NCBI RefSeq assembly: GCF_018977255.1
Contig: NW_024705341.1
Coordinates: 1-52,889, forward strand
Direction of reading: 5' to 3'
DNA: 52,889 nt
Source: Callorhinchus milii
Taxonomy: Eukaryota
This document shows positions 36,775 to 47,124 of the stretch, one piece after another. The notes beneath the pieces were generated by a model. That model had not been told where the DNA came from, did no database searches, and saw only the letters and a list, made by a program, of their open reading frames with translations. Within the stretch, counting starts at the first letter, position 1. Every line of letters starts with the position of its first letter. A program made the translations under genes and the position numbers.

Positions 36775-37531
36775 ATGTCTCTCCTCTGTGTCTCCATCTC
36801 CGTCCTCTTCTTACAATGTAAGTTTATTGTTTCCATTAAAAAGCACCACACAGCACCAGAGAATGTCATCATTACAGTGTGCGATATAATAAGAATACTT
36901 GCTTTGATATATAGCCCCTTTTCACTTCGATGAGACGTCTCAAAGCGCTTTACAGAGTATACTGTTAACTAAATTGTCCGCGCTTCTTGTCGCCAAACAC
37001 GGCAGGCAATTGAGATCAATTGTTTCACTCTAATTATGTTATGTATTTTAATTGTTTATATAAATCGATATTGCAATGATATTGTATGTCATGGTTATCA
37101 ATTGATATCAATCATAAACTAAGCCAAGCCTCGGGATGTGATTTTAATCGAAGTAGTCAACATAGAAGGTGATTGAAACTGATTTAATATTTTTAAATAT
37201 TTTCAGATGTTTCCAGTACCACAGTGAAGCAGACGCCATCGTCTCTGATGAAACAAGAATGCGAGTCTTTGTCCATCAAATGCGACTTTCAAGCAGGAAC
37301 TTATGAGAGTATCCGGAGCCTGAATATGTTTTGGCAGTTTTGGAATGGGCGATATTGGACGAGCATTAGCCATGGAGGACGTTTTGTTGTAATGACAGAC
37401 ACGCGATCAAAGTCGTCTGCTTTGCAAATTAAGTAATTTGCAAGTTGAAGACAGCGCTGACTACAGATGTAGAGCTCGATATGACAAGTATACCGCAATG
37501 CTGTATCAGGCCTTCCGATAATACAAAAAGG
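36775..37531 (+). pseudogene. NAR-TCR V gene 4 (leader 36775-36817, V 37207-37493), frameshifted
   Basis: MSLLCVSISVLFLQ; KQECESLSIKC...; 1-nt insertion near 37431 (attaagtaatttg versus attaatgatttg) gives TAA; heptamer cgcaatg (position 2 mutated)-22-acaaaaagg. Confidence 0.85.
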
Positions 37532-37845
37532 CCCTTCACAACCTCACAGAAAAAATGTAGAGAATGTGAACTTGCCGATGAATTTAACACACATTCCCCA
37601 TTCGTGAGTGAAAAGCTATGATGTTGAATAACACTTCATTCGAGAAGCAATCATTATTCATGAATAGTTAGGAAAAGAGAGTGCATATGAATGGACATAG
37701 GCTGTGTTTCACGTAAACAAATTTAATCATCAGAGGCAGATGGATTGTCAAATTCCACTTGAAAATATTCAAAAGAATATTACACGTTATGTCAATGATT
37801 GATCATTTGAAAGGCAGAAATAATTTGAATTGTTTAGCAAACCAG

Positions 37846-37918
37846 GCATTTTGCATTGACATTAAATACTGTGGTCGCGTACTGGGAAGCCACATTGGAA
37901 AACATCAGCGCAAATACA
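37846..37918 (+). other. NAR-TCR D segment 4 (coding 37874-37890), 12/12 RSS
   Basis: gcattttgc-12-tactgtg | gtcgcgtactgggaagc | cacattg-12-gcaaataca. Confidence 0.88.
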
Positions 37919-38232
37919 GTACCGCTATTTTCATCGTAAAGCATTGGACGTGAACACTGATTACTACATCCTGTTTTCATTTTGGTCAATGTGTCGAAAG
38001 CTTGCTTCCGAAATTAATTATTTCAAGCACACATTTCTGGATTTATTTAAAGGAAGAGATTTTCTGTGCCTTGCACTTTTATTGTGTTTCTGTTGAACAT
38101 TATTGAAAATAAACGTGACTTCGCAAATGAAAAGCACGGAGACGTGACCGCGGAGGAGAGATACGAAATTATGATCAATTTGTCTGAATTTAATGCTGTT
38201 GGTGCCAGTGTGAAAGTATGATCTATACGAAA

Positions 38233-38329
38233 AGTTTTTGTACCTTGTGGAATGAGATCTGAGTGTCTGTGGTATATTGGAGAACAGAAACGAAAGATGG
38301 ATCAGGAACCAGAGTAACTGTAACGAAAC
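38233..38329 (+). other. NAR-TCR J segment 4 (coding 38272-38329)
   Basis: agtttttgt-23-gtctgtg; VYWRTETKDGSGTRVTVTK; phase-1 gtgagt donor. Confidence 0.9.
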
Positions 38330-39457
38330 GTGAGTGAGAATAAGTTCTATTGATTCAAAACAAACGTTTATTGACCTGAATTTATAAAACGCATTATTCG
38401 AACTAGTTGCTCCCAACAACCTGCAACTGTGCTATTTACAACTCTTCTATTTCAGCAATCCACTTGACCAATCGTGAAAAAACTTATATTTTGATGTGGA
38501 AAAATTATTCCGTTTCCACTACGAAGCTTTTGTTGTCAATTGACCTACATTTATTTCCGTGTTTCGTAAAGTCACTGATTTTCCCTGGACAGCAATTGCA
38601 AAGAACTAGGCGCAGAGGACCTTTTTCTTGTAAAGTCGGGTAATCAATATATGTAGCCTTTGTCAGATAGAAATGTTTCCCTCATCTCCTCTGTCCTCCA
38701 GAGGGTAAGGAGAAGGCGATCTCTTCGGAGCTGAATTGGCTCCAATGTGACATGAGTTGGAAGGAGAGATCAACAGCTGAGGTTAGGGTCCTTCACCACA
38801 CTGCTCCCATTAGTCCTGCTGGGAAAAGTGCAATAAAGGGCAGGACTTTTCAAGTTGGACAGGACAAGAAGCTGGTTACTCAGTCAGACAATGTTTTTCA
38901 AAAAAGCTTGGCAGGACGCTTTCCTGTGTTGAACAACGTGTGAATATTTGATGCAGGCGCATGTCATGTTGGCACAGAATTGACAATTTGGTTAATTTTA
39001 ATACTGATGGCTTCTGACCCAGTTGAGCAAATTATAAACATAGCTTCGTTAATTATTACAAGACAGAATGAGGCCATTCCGAAATTTGGAAGATCTAACA
39101 AATCAGTCCCTTTCCCGGTAGCATTTTTACTCAAATATTAAAACATCTGCCCTATGTTGCCAACATACACAGTATTCGGAGACAAAAAGTAGATAGCCCA
39201 CAAGAGGTGAATTGTTTCCCTTTACTCTCTCGCTCGTACAAAATTGCTGATGCACGCTGTAATTGGTATCCTGGAGCTGACAACTATAACTTGCGTTTAA
39301 ATAGTGCATTTTTCCATTTGGGGAACATCCGAAACAAATCGCTAACTGACATCATTACAATGCGCAATGTCAAGCGAATTCGAATAAAGTCTGCTGATTA
39401 ATTTAGATGAGGAACAAAGAATATTCATATTTTTGAGCAAGTTGTGTGTATATTGCT

Positions 39458-39592
39458 GATGCTGCCAGTGTCTCAGTAAAACAGACACCAACCCGTCTTT
39501 CTTAAAAACTCTACCTCGGTTATCCAACATACGTACTGAAAACTGAAGACAGATACCAAATGGTAACCAGGAAGTTAACTGTGACCGTTAAA
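39458..39592 (+). pseudogene. Possible internally deleted relic of a second joined NAR-TCR exon
   Basis: DAASVSVKQTPTRL* at the start and ...KTED...KLTVT at the end, in one frame; acceptor dead (tattgctg). Confidence 0.4.
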
Positions 39593-39820
39593 CTTCTTCT
39601 TACTTCAAAAGTGCAGATTTACATTATAAATATTATTCTGGAGTCAACGTTTACAACTTGGGCAAATGTTGTGCCATTCGCATCTTGATAGCGTCCCAAA
39701 GAGCTAACTGTCGTCTCCACAATGTGCACAAACAAATCAATCCAAGTCCGCTTGAGTTTATCACTTAGATCAGGTGCGGAGATTAATAATAAGTGTTAAC
39801 ATGTTGTTTGTATATTTCAG

Positions 39821-40171
39821 ATGTTGCCAGTGTTTCAGTGAAGCAGAAACCAACCTCTCTTACGAGAAAAGAATGCGAGTCCGTATCCATTCAGTGTGTC
39901 TTTGAAGCCTCATCTGGTGTGACTTTCAAGAGCATGGAATTTTTCAGACAGTTTAGAACAGGGACACAGTTGGAGTCCATCCCAGTAGATGGACGATTTG
40001 TTGTAAACGCAGTTAAGGGATCAGCTTCATGTTCTCTAGAAATCAATGAATTGGAAGTTCAAGACGGTGCTACCTATTACTGCAGAGCTCGATTTGATGC
40101 AAATCGCTGCGCTGTGGGTAAAAGAGAGAAAACTAAAGATGGAACAGGAACCGCAGTAACTGTAACAAAAA
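39821..40171 (+). CDS. Germline-joined NAR-TCR V-D-J exon, in frame, no leader found
   Basis: Acceptor tatatttcag; 351 nt, phase 1/1; VASVSVKQKPTSLTRKECESVSIQC...SMEFFRQF...LEINELEVQDGATYYCRARFDANRCAVGKREKTKDGTGTAVTVTK; donor gtaagtgag; no internal RSS. Confidence 0.9.
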
Positions 40172-42099
40172 GTAAGTGAGAACAATTTGAGAATATTATT
40201 TTTAAAAACTGATTCCGATGAATTTGCTAATGCATCGTTCGGATTCATTGCCAGATCCAAGGTGACATGTTTGGCCACAGGATGTAGGAAATAAGTCCTC
40301 TCTGTGTGACCGTCTCTATTCCAGTTTCTGTGCCAGACGTCTATAGTATTCCAGGTCACCGCTGATAACAGCGAAACCTGGTATCATTATACACAATCAC
40401 GCAAATAAATAACCATTGATTTAATATTCTAAAATCTGGTAGACAGGGATATAATTTGCATTTGCTAAAGTCACATTAAGTAATAATAAAAACTGTAACT
40501 TCGCAACAAGCAGTGCTTTGGAGGCTTAGGCTGTACAGTACAGTTTCCAGCACTGCATTCAGTGTTGAAAGGTCATGTGTGCAGTTGCCATATCGCGATA
40601 ATCAACTATTCTAGTTTGAGCTAACACTCAAATACAAAGCTGTGGGTGGGGTGTGTTGATGTGTCCTTCATTCACCATCAGTTCACATAAAACAATACAG
40701 TCACGTAAAGAGCTCTGAGCCATTTTCATGTCTTGAAAGATGTTAAACTTAACTTAGAACTGATTATTCCAATATCGCGAACAGATAAATGCATATTAGG
40801 TAAGCAGACTGGAAACCAGATGAACTATGAGATATCACGGATTGTTACAAAGAGGATAAGAAAGAGGTACAAAGAATGAACATACGTTGACACTGGAAAA
40901 ATCAATGCAAGGATAAATAATAAAAGGAAATTAAAGGAGCAACATCAAGTTAAATTTTTCAGGGCCTTTAATAACAATGATCTTTGCGTTTGATGTAGAG
41001 CCTTATCACACAATCGAGACGTATCCAGGCTTTTCACAGCATATCCTGCTAAGTGATGTGACTGTATTTTATGGGCAAAAAGCGGGAGACAATTGCACAC
41101 GGCAGTGTCCCACAAATACTGATAGTTTTAGTGACCAATACAGTTCTCTTATTCTTATTTGAAATAAATATATCAGACTCAATGCGCTGCACACCCGAGC
41201 TTGGATGTTGCAATCCAGTGAGTTGGAGGGTAAGGTGATTCAGCCTCTTGAGAGAAGCAAGGGAAGGCTTCAGGCTCAGGGATTATGAGAACGTGTTCCA
41301 CAGTGTGGGGGCAAAAATCCTGAAGTCCCGGCATAAAATGATAGAGCAGGCACGGTGGCGACCACAGATGCAGTGGCCATCCGAGAGGATAGAGAGGGTT
41401 AGGTTTATGTCGTGCTAAGGTGGGAGCAAGAAATCCAAGAAAACAAGTCGTAACGAAAGAGAGAGAAAGACAGAGAAACACAAATTGCACCATTACTCAC
41501 ACACAAGTACATTGATCCGACTCCTGAAAGAAAGAAACTCCATTGAAAAAACGACAGAAAGCTAAAAATATAAAAGTTAGAAAGAAAGAGAGAGAGAAAG
41601 AGAGGGAGAGACAAAAAGCACTTTGATTTTGGCACATATGTAACTGATTGAGCTGTTCACACACTGAGAGCAACTGATGTTGGCGAATAGCCAGAGACTT
41701 AACCTCCTCCAGCAGCAATTTTAAAGTAACGACATTTACAAAAGGGAAACTTTCCATTTGCCTCAACTGTAAACCCACTGCGTTAACGGTACAAACTTAC
41801 ACCTGGTTCTCTGCTAAACATTCCCATGATCACAGGCACCCAAGGCCTCAATGTGGACTTCACCACAGCAAACAAGTATAAGTTTAGACAAACAAAGCTT
41901 AATTAAAATGCTGCATTTATTGCATATCATAAACGTTGTCATAGAGATAGCCATACGGCATGTGTTTGCAATAAAGTGTCTGGATTAAAGAGCTCGCTAT
42001 TTTAGTGCATGAATCTGCTCTTTCTATCTTTGTTATTAAAAGTATCCTTACATTTAGTATAAAGAAATTCCAGGCCTTTGACAGGGAAAAAAGGAAATT

Positions 42100-42570
42100 T
42101 ACCAGAATGATTTTGCGAAGATAGGATTAATGTGTATGAAGACAAAAGGGCCTGAAAATGTTCCTCTAAGATTATCGAATATTTACTGGTTAACTAATGC
42201 CAGTTTTGAAACTTCAAAGAGTTTTTTTTTATGGTGCAGAGAATGAGAAAGTCTTTCGTTTGTCAAGTGGGTCAGTAACAACGAAACACAAGTTTAAGAT
42301 AATTGGTCAAAGGATCAGAGGGGAGTGGAAGAGAAATTATTATAAACGAATCTTGCTTCTGGCTGCAATGCACTGCCTGAAAGAGTGGCGGGAACAGATT
42401 CGATAATAAATTTCGGAAAGGAATAGGATAGATGCATCGGAAGGAATGAAACATGGTTATGTGACAAGAGCGGTGGAGTGGAATTCAATTGAATATCTCA
42501 TTTCAAAGAGACGATATAGACAAGAAGGACCGAATGTCCTCCTTATGTGCTCCAAATTTCCATAATTTCG
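42100..42570 (+). mobile_element. CR1-like 3' fragment
   Basis: acaagtttaagataattggtcaaagg...ctgcctgaaagagtggcgggaacagattcgataata matches the other CR1 tails. Confidence 0.65.
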
Positions 42571-42604
42571 TGATTCTAAGTAACATGTAATTTGCATCCC
42601 GCAG

Positions 42605-42791
42605 GATCCATTTATACAGTTTCCCAGTCACCGCCTCAACAAACTGCTTTTACAGCTGAGAGGATAAATTTACACTGTCAATATTCAGAATTCCGTGGAA
42701 AGAATTTCAGCGTCTCCTGGTACCGTCAGTCCCCAGACGAGACACCGAAATACCTGCTCCACAGAAATCCCTCAGGAGAGGGAGGAAACCC
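42605..42791 (+). pseudogene. Supporting V-delta 3, 3'-truncated
   Basis: SIYTVSQSPPQQ...HCQYSEFRGKNFSVSWYRQ...GEGGNP then breaks into CR1 sequence; no second Cys and no RSS. Confidence 0.85.
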
Positions 42792-43150
42792 TCAATTCAA
42801 ATTCTCAAAATTGTGAATGTGTTTTGATAGAGTAGATCAGGAGAAAATGCTTCAACATGCAAGTGAATCAGTTTCCAGAGGACACACGTTTAAATTAATT
42901 GGTAAAAGGACCAGAGGGAAGATGAAGAGAATTTTACTTATCTGCAAAGCTTTTACAATCTGCAATGCAGTGCCTAAGATTGTGCTGCAAACAGATTGTA
43001 TAATACACTACAAACGGGAATTGGAACAAATACGTTGCAACGCTACGAGTTAGGAGAATGGGATTGGGATAAGATGGACAGCTCTTTCATAGAGAAGGTA
43101 AAGGCAATGTGGGCCGAGTAGCCTTTTTTTGCGCTATAAGATACGATGAG
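42792..43150 (+). mobile_element. CR1-like 3' fragment
   Basis: tttgatagagtagatcagg...tccagaggacacacgtttaaattaattggtaaaagg...gggccgagtagcct. Confidence 0.7.
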
Positions 43151-43180
43151 TCGAAGTAACTTGAAATTAAAACCCCACAG

Positions 43181-43521
43181 GATCGAATAATGCAGTTTGT
43201 CAGACACAGCCTCAACAAGCGGCTTTTGCTGGTGAGACGGCTTCATTGCATTGCAAATATATATTACTCAGAGAAGAGGATTTCATCGTCTACTGGTACC
43301 GTCAGTCCCATGGCGAGACACTGAAATATCTGCTCCAAAGAAAATCTTCAGTAGAGGGAGGAAACCCCACTGGAGATCATATTTCTGCTTCTCATGACAC
43401 TGCCAAGAAAATCAGCATTTTAACCATCGCGGGACTGCGGCTGACAGACTCCGCTATGTACCACTGTGCACTGAGTCTGCACCACAGTGATACACATCAT
43501 AGGAAGCCTCGTACAATAACC
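43181..43521 (+). CDS. Supporting V-delta 4, intact variant (exon 43181-43482, RSS 43483-43521)
   Basis: Acceptor ccccacag, phase 1; SNNAVCQTQPQQAAFAGETASLHCKYILLREEDFIVYWYRQ...LTDSAMYHCALSLH; 302 nt like copy 1; cacagtg-23-acaataacc. Confidence 0.88.
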
Positions 43522-44298
43522 CTCATCACAACCAAAGCTGGGAAACAGTTCAGCACAGTTTGAGACAGAGAGTGTAAGCAAACCCTTTCCAACTGCCACC
43601 GTGGCTTATACCTTATTCAGTTCATTTCAAATCAATTTGCTCATATTCTGTTCTTTATATTTCGTTTGTTTTTCTCAAATGTTTAGCAGAATTCGGCAAA
43701 TGTTTGTTGCAATTCAGACATGTAATGATTAGTGTTTGCACTAAAATATTCCACACCTGCAGGAGCTCTCTGTTATAATAATTTCCACTGCACTTTCTAC
43801 CATTGCTATAGATAATCGTGGGCGAAGTTCATATTCGCAAGGCTATGGGGAGAGAGTAGTGGATTGAAATTGAATGGGATAACTCTTTTCAGAGAGCCGA
43901 CACAGACACAATGGCTGGAATTACATTCTTCTGTACTGCAAAATTATAAGTTTGTATGACTAAAAATATTTATAAAATTATAATGCCAATCTCTGCGGGA
44001 AACGTCCCAAAGGGTTTCGCATGATACAATTTAAAGTGAAGTGACTTTGTGATTTGTTGGGTAACTTGGTAGCCAATTTGTGAACAGCAAATCCCCACAA
44101 ATATTCGTGAAGCAAAACACTGTTTTTTCTTAATTAGTAGATTGTCATTCATGAAAATTAGAGAAAGAAACATCCTTCTCGTTTCGAAAACTGCAGTGGG
44201 AACTTAAACTCCATCTGAACATTCACAGTTGGCCGATGGCTTAATACTGTGATATACGAAACAACGAAACAAAGTAACCTGCAATATAAATCCCGCAA

Positions 44299-44640
44299 AA
44301 TCGAGTTGTACATTTTTCCAAATCACCGCCTGAACAAACTGCTTTTGCTGGTGAGAGGATAAATTTACATTGCCAATACTCAGGATTCTGCGGACAGGAT
44401 TTCAACGTCTCCTGGTACCGTCCGTCCCCTGGCGAGGAACTGAAATACCTGCTCCACAGAAAACCCTCAGGAGAGGGAGGAAACCCCACTGGAGATCATA
44501 TTTCTGCTTCTCTTGACACTGCCAAGAAAATCAGCGTTTTAACCATCGCCGACCTGCGGCTGACAGACTCCGCTATGTATCACTGTGCACTCAGTCTGCA
44601 CCACAGTGATACACATCATAGGAAACCTCGTACAATAACC
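44299..44640 (+). pseudogene. Supporting V-delta 5 (acceptor mutated; domain otherwise intact)
   Basis: cccgcaa instead of cccgcag, plus a 1-nt insertion; SPPEQ...CQYSGFCGQDFNVSWYR...AMYHCALSLH; cacagtg-23-acaataacc. Confidence 0.85.
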
Positions 44641-45164
44641 CTCATCACAACCAAAGCTGGAAACAGTACAGTACAGTTAGTGACAGACAGTGCAACAAAC
44701 CTTTTCCAAACTGGCACCATAGTCTATTGAGCTCATATCAAGTCATTTAAAATATGTGACACTTTACACGCTGAATATTTGTTTGTTTTTCATCAACAGA
44801 TATTAAATTGTGATAAATCTTTGTCGGAATTTGGATAATTAGCGTGTCACAGATGTTGATAATTACGGTAATAGAAACCTAATAAAATGTTGTAGTCCTT
44901 GTGTTTGATGTCGTGGTGTATCACCACTTCATTGAGAAGTCCCAAAGCGCTTAAGAGATTTTGATGTAAATTTCAATTTATTTCGTAGTAAAATCGTCGC
45001 AACCAACAGTTTATTTTTTTAGAGTGCGAGAGGAGCTTCACAATTCTGCACGATTACGGTCAGTATAATAATAATATGAACCAAGTCTCAATAACTAAAA
45101 AATATATGACACTAATATTCACACAGAGAATCTGTGAAGTGACATTTTACTGTCAGTGGAGTCC

Positions 45165-45510
45165 AGTGCTTCAGTGGTTAGCTAACTCGCCTCGCAAGCG
45201 AGAGGACCTGGGTTCGAATCCCAGGCTGGGAGAACTGTTGGGTAAGTGTCCTCAATCCACAGACAATTCTGCTTTCTTAGCTGTGAATAGAACCCGTTTG
45301 CTCGTCCACTGGCCGATCATTCTCCGAGACAGTAACTCCTGCATTCAACAAGTTGGTATTATTACTAATTAATCCGTGCCTTTAAGAGAGAGTTTTCACT
45401 TACAGGTTAAGTAAAACTAGTTTGGTCCCTCAATACACGACTGTTCGTGGGACACTGCTGTGCGCTCCTGCAGGAAACACACATTGACTCCATCAAATGC
45501 AATGATTATT
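45165..45510 (+). mobile_element. tRNA(Ala)-like SINE
   Basis: cagtggttagctaactcgcctcgcaagcgagaggacctgggttcgaatccc plus SINE body; positional paralogs at about 7070 and 18020. Confidence 0.7.
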
Positions 45511-45563
45511 ATTATGTAGCTTACAGCAGACGAATTCTACATAATCTTTTATTTCAAATCATA

Positions 45564-45819
45564 ATGGAAGTGCCTGTTACTGATGGTCAGACTGTGACGC
45601 TGAGCTGCACCTAATCTGCTGATCTGAACAATGTTTTAATGTTCTGATAGAGTCAGTATCCAGGGGAGCCTCATCTGTACACGCGGAGACATTTTGATGA
45701 TGGAGACACTTTCTGGGCTGAGTTTGCAACACAACAGTTAACGCCAAATCTAACACCAACCATTACTCTGCCATAACACACACAGTGTTGCTGTCAGACT
45801 ACACCACTGTACAACACCC
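45564..45819 (+). pseudogene. 'Vx' copy 3
   Basis: Several in-frame stops (taa, tga tag), FR3 deletion, second Cys lost; cacagtg-23-acaacaccc. Confidence 0.8.
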
Positions 45820-46439
45820 TCCAAAGAGGAGAGAAAGGGTTTCCTCTCAATACAGATGTTATTCCTGACTGTTGACCTATTTGACAGTTTGTAACTTTGC
45901 CGCTGTGCCTCTCATAGGAAACATATGACTAACTGCCAACCAAAAGCAAAATATGATGGAGTGGTTCATGTAGGGAAAGAGTGAAAGAAATAATAATTAT
46001 CCTTACATTTAATATAGCGTCTTATCAGGTGTTCCAGGCTTCTCAAAGCGCTATACAGGACACCCTCTGACGTGATTTGATTGTGAGTTGACTTAAAGCT
46101 ACATTCACGAATCTTCACTTTATATCATGCGAAACAATCTGAGATTTCCAACTTTCTCAATATCTTTGCACCTCTGGCCACATAGTTTCAGGTCATTAGA
46201 GTCAGTGAAGGTTAACCGTACAGACTTCAGGGACATGTTGTGTTGGCATCAATGTTTTATGATTGAAACATGATTTAAATGTGTATTGACTTGCAGTCCA
46301 ACTTCTTAACGGATATCCCGTGTCACACTTCGTTTACATATTTTAAGTGGACAGCTGCTGCTCAATTTATTCAGCAGATTGAAGATAATTGTCAAAATAT
46401 CTGGAGGAGAGCTGAGACGGCATATTTTAACTCGGAGCC

Positions 46440-46625
46440 ATGTTACTCTTCAGAATGCACTGAATGCACTGAAAGCGTGTTGGAACCAGATTCGATAGAA
46501 GCTTTCAAAAGGGAATTGGAAAGGGAATTACATGGGGAAATAATGCAGGGCTCTTGGGAAATAATGAGGGAGTAGATCTGATTGCTTTAATCATTCACAT
46601 CATCTTCACGGGTCAGACCTGTAAG
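46440..46625 (+). mobile_element. CR1-like 3' fragment
   Basis: gaatgcactgaaagcgtgttggaaccagattcgatagaagctttcaaaagggaattgga. Confidence 0.6.
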
Positions 46626-47124
46626 GCAAGTTTAAAATAGAAATTGAAAATTAACATATTTAATAATTAATTAATGATTGCATACGATACAGCGCTTTAT
46701 CACGAAATCATGGCGTCCTAAAGCGCTTCACGAAATATCTATAAAGTGAATTGTCTGCATATTTTGTGGGCTAAATGCATCAGGCAATTTCGCTAGAGGT
46801 GGTCCACTAACAGTCATAGATTAAGTTAGCAATTTTGTTTTAAATTTTCATTCAACGAATTATTAACGCCAAATAATCTTTGATGGCATAGCACAGGAAT
46901 AATGGGCAGAATGGCCCCAATCTGTTATTTTATAATCCACGAAACTATGGTATATGTTTCTAAGCAAATACATATAATTGATTGGAAAAAGTTTCTGATC
47001 AGGTTTACACTAAAACTATTGGACGATGTAAATGACAGAACATGTCGTCACTTCGGGGGCTGGTGCCAATCACCTCAAATATCTTACAGATAATCAATGG
47101 GCATCTGCAGAAAGAGCTCAGACG

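Noticed and set aside
39722-39773. ATG...TCAG/gtgcgg as a possible leader for the joined exon
   Set aside because: The phase fits, but the intron would be only 47 nt, the peptide (MCTNKSIQVRLSLSLRS) lacks a hydrophobic core, and there is no similarity to the NAR-TCR leader or promoter.
39821-40171. Retrotransposed (processed) origin of the joined exon
   Set aside because: No fused leader, no supporting-V or C sequence, no poly-A, and intron flanks are retained on both sides.
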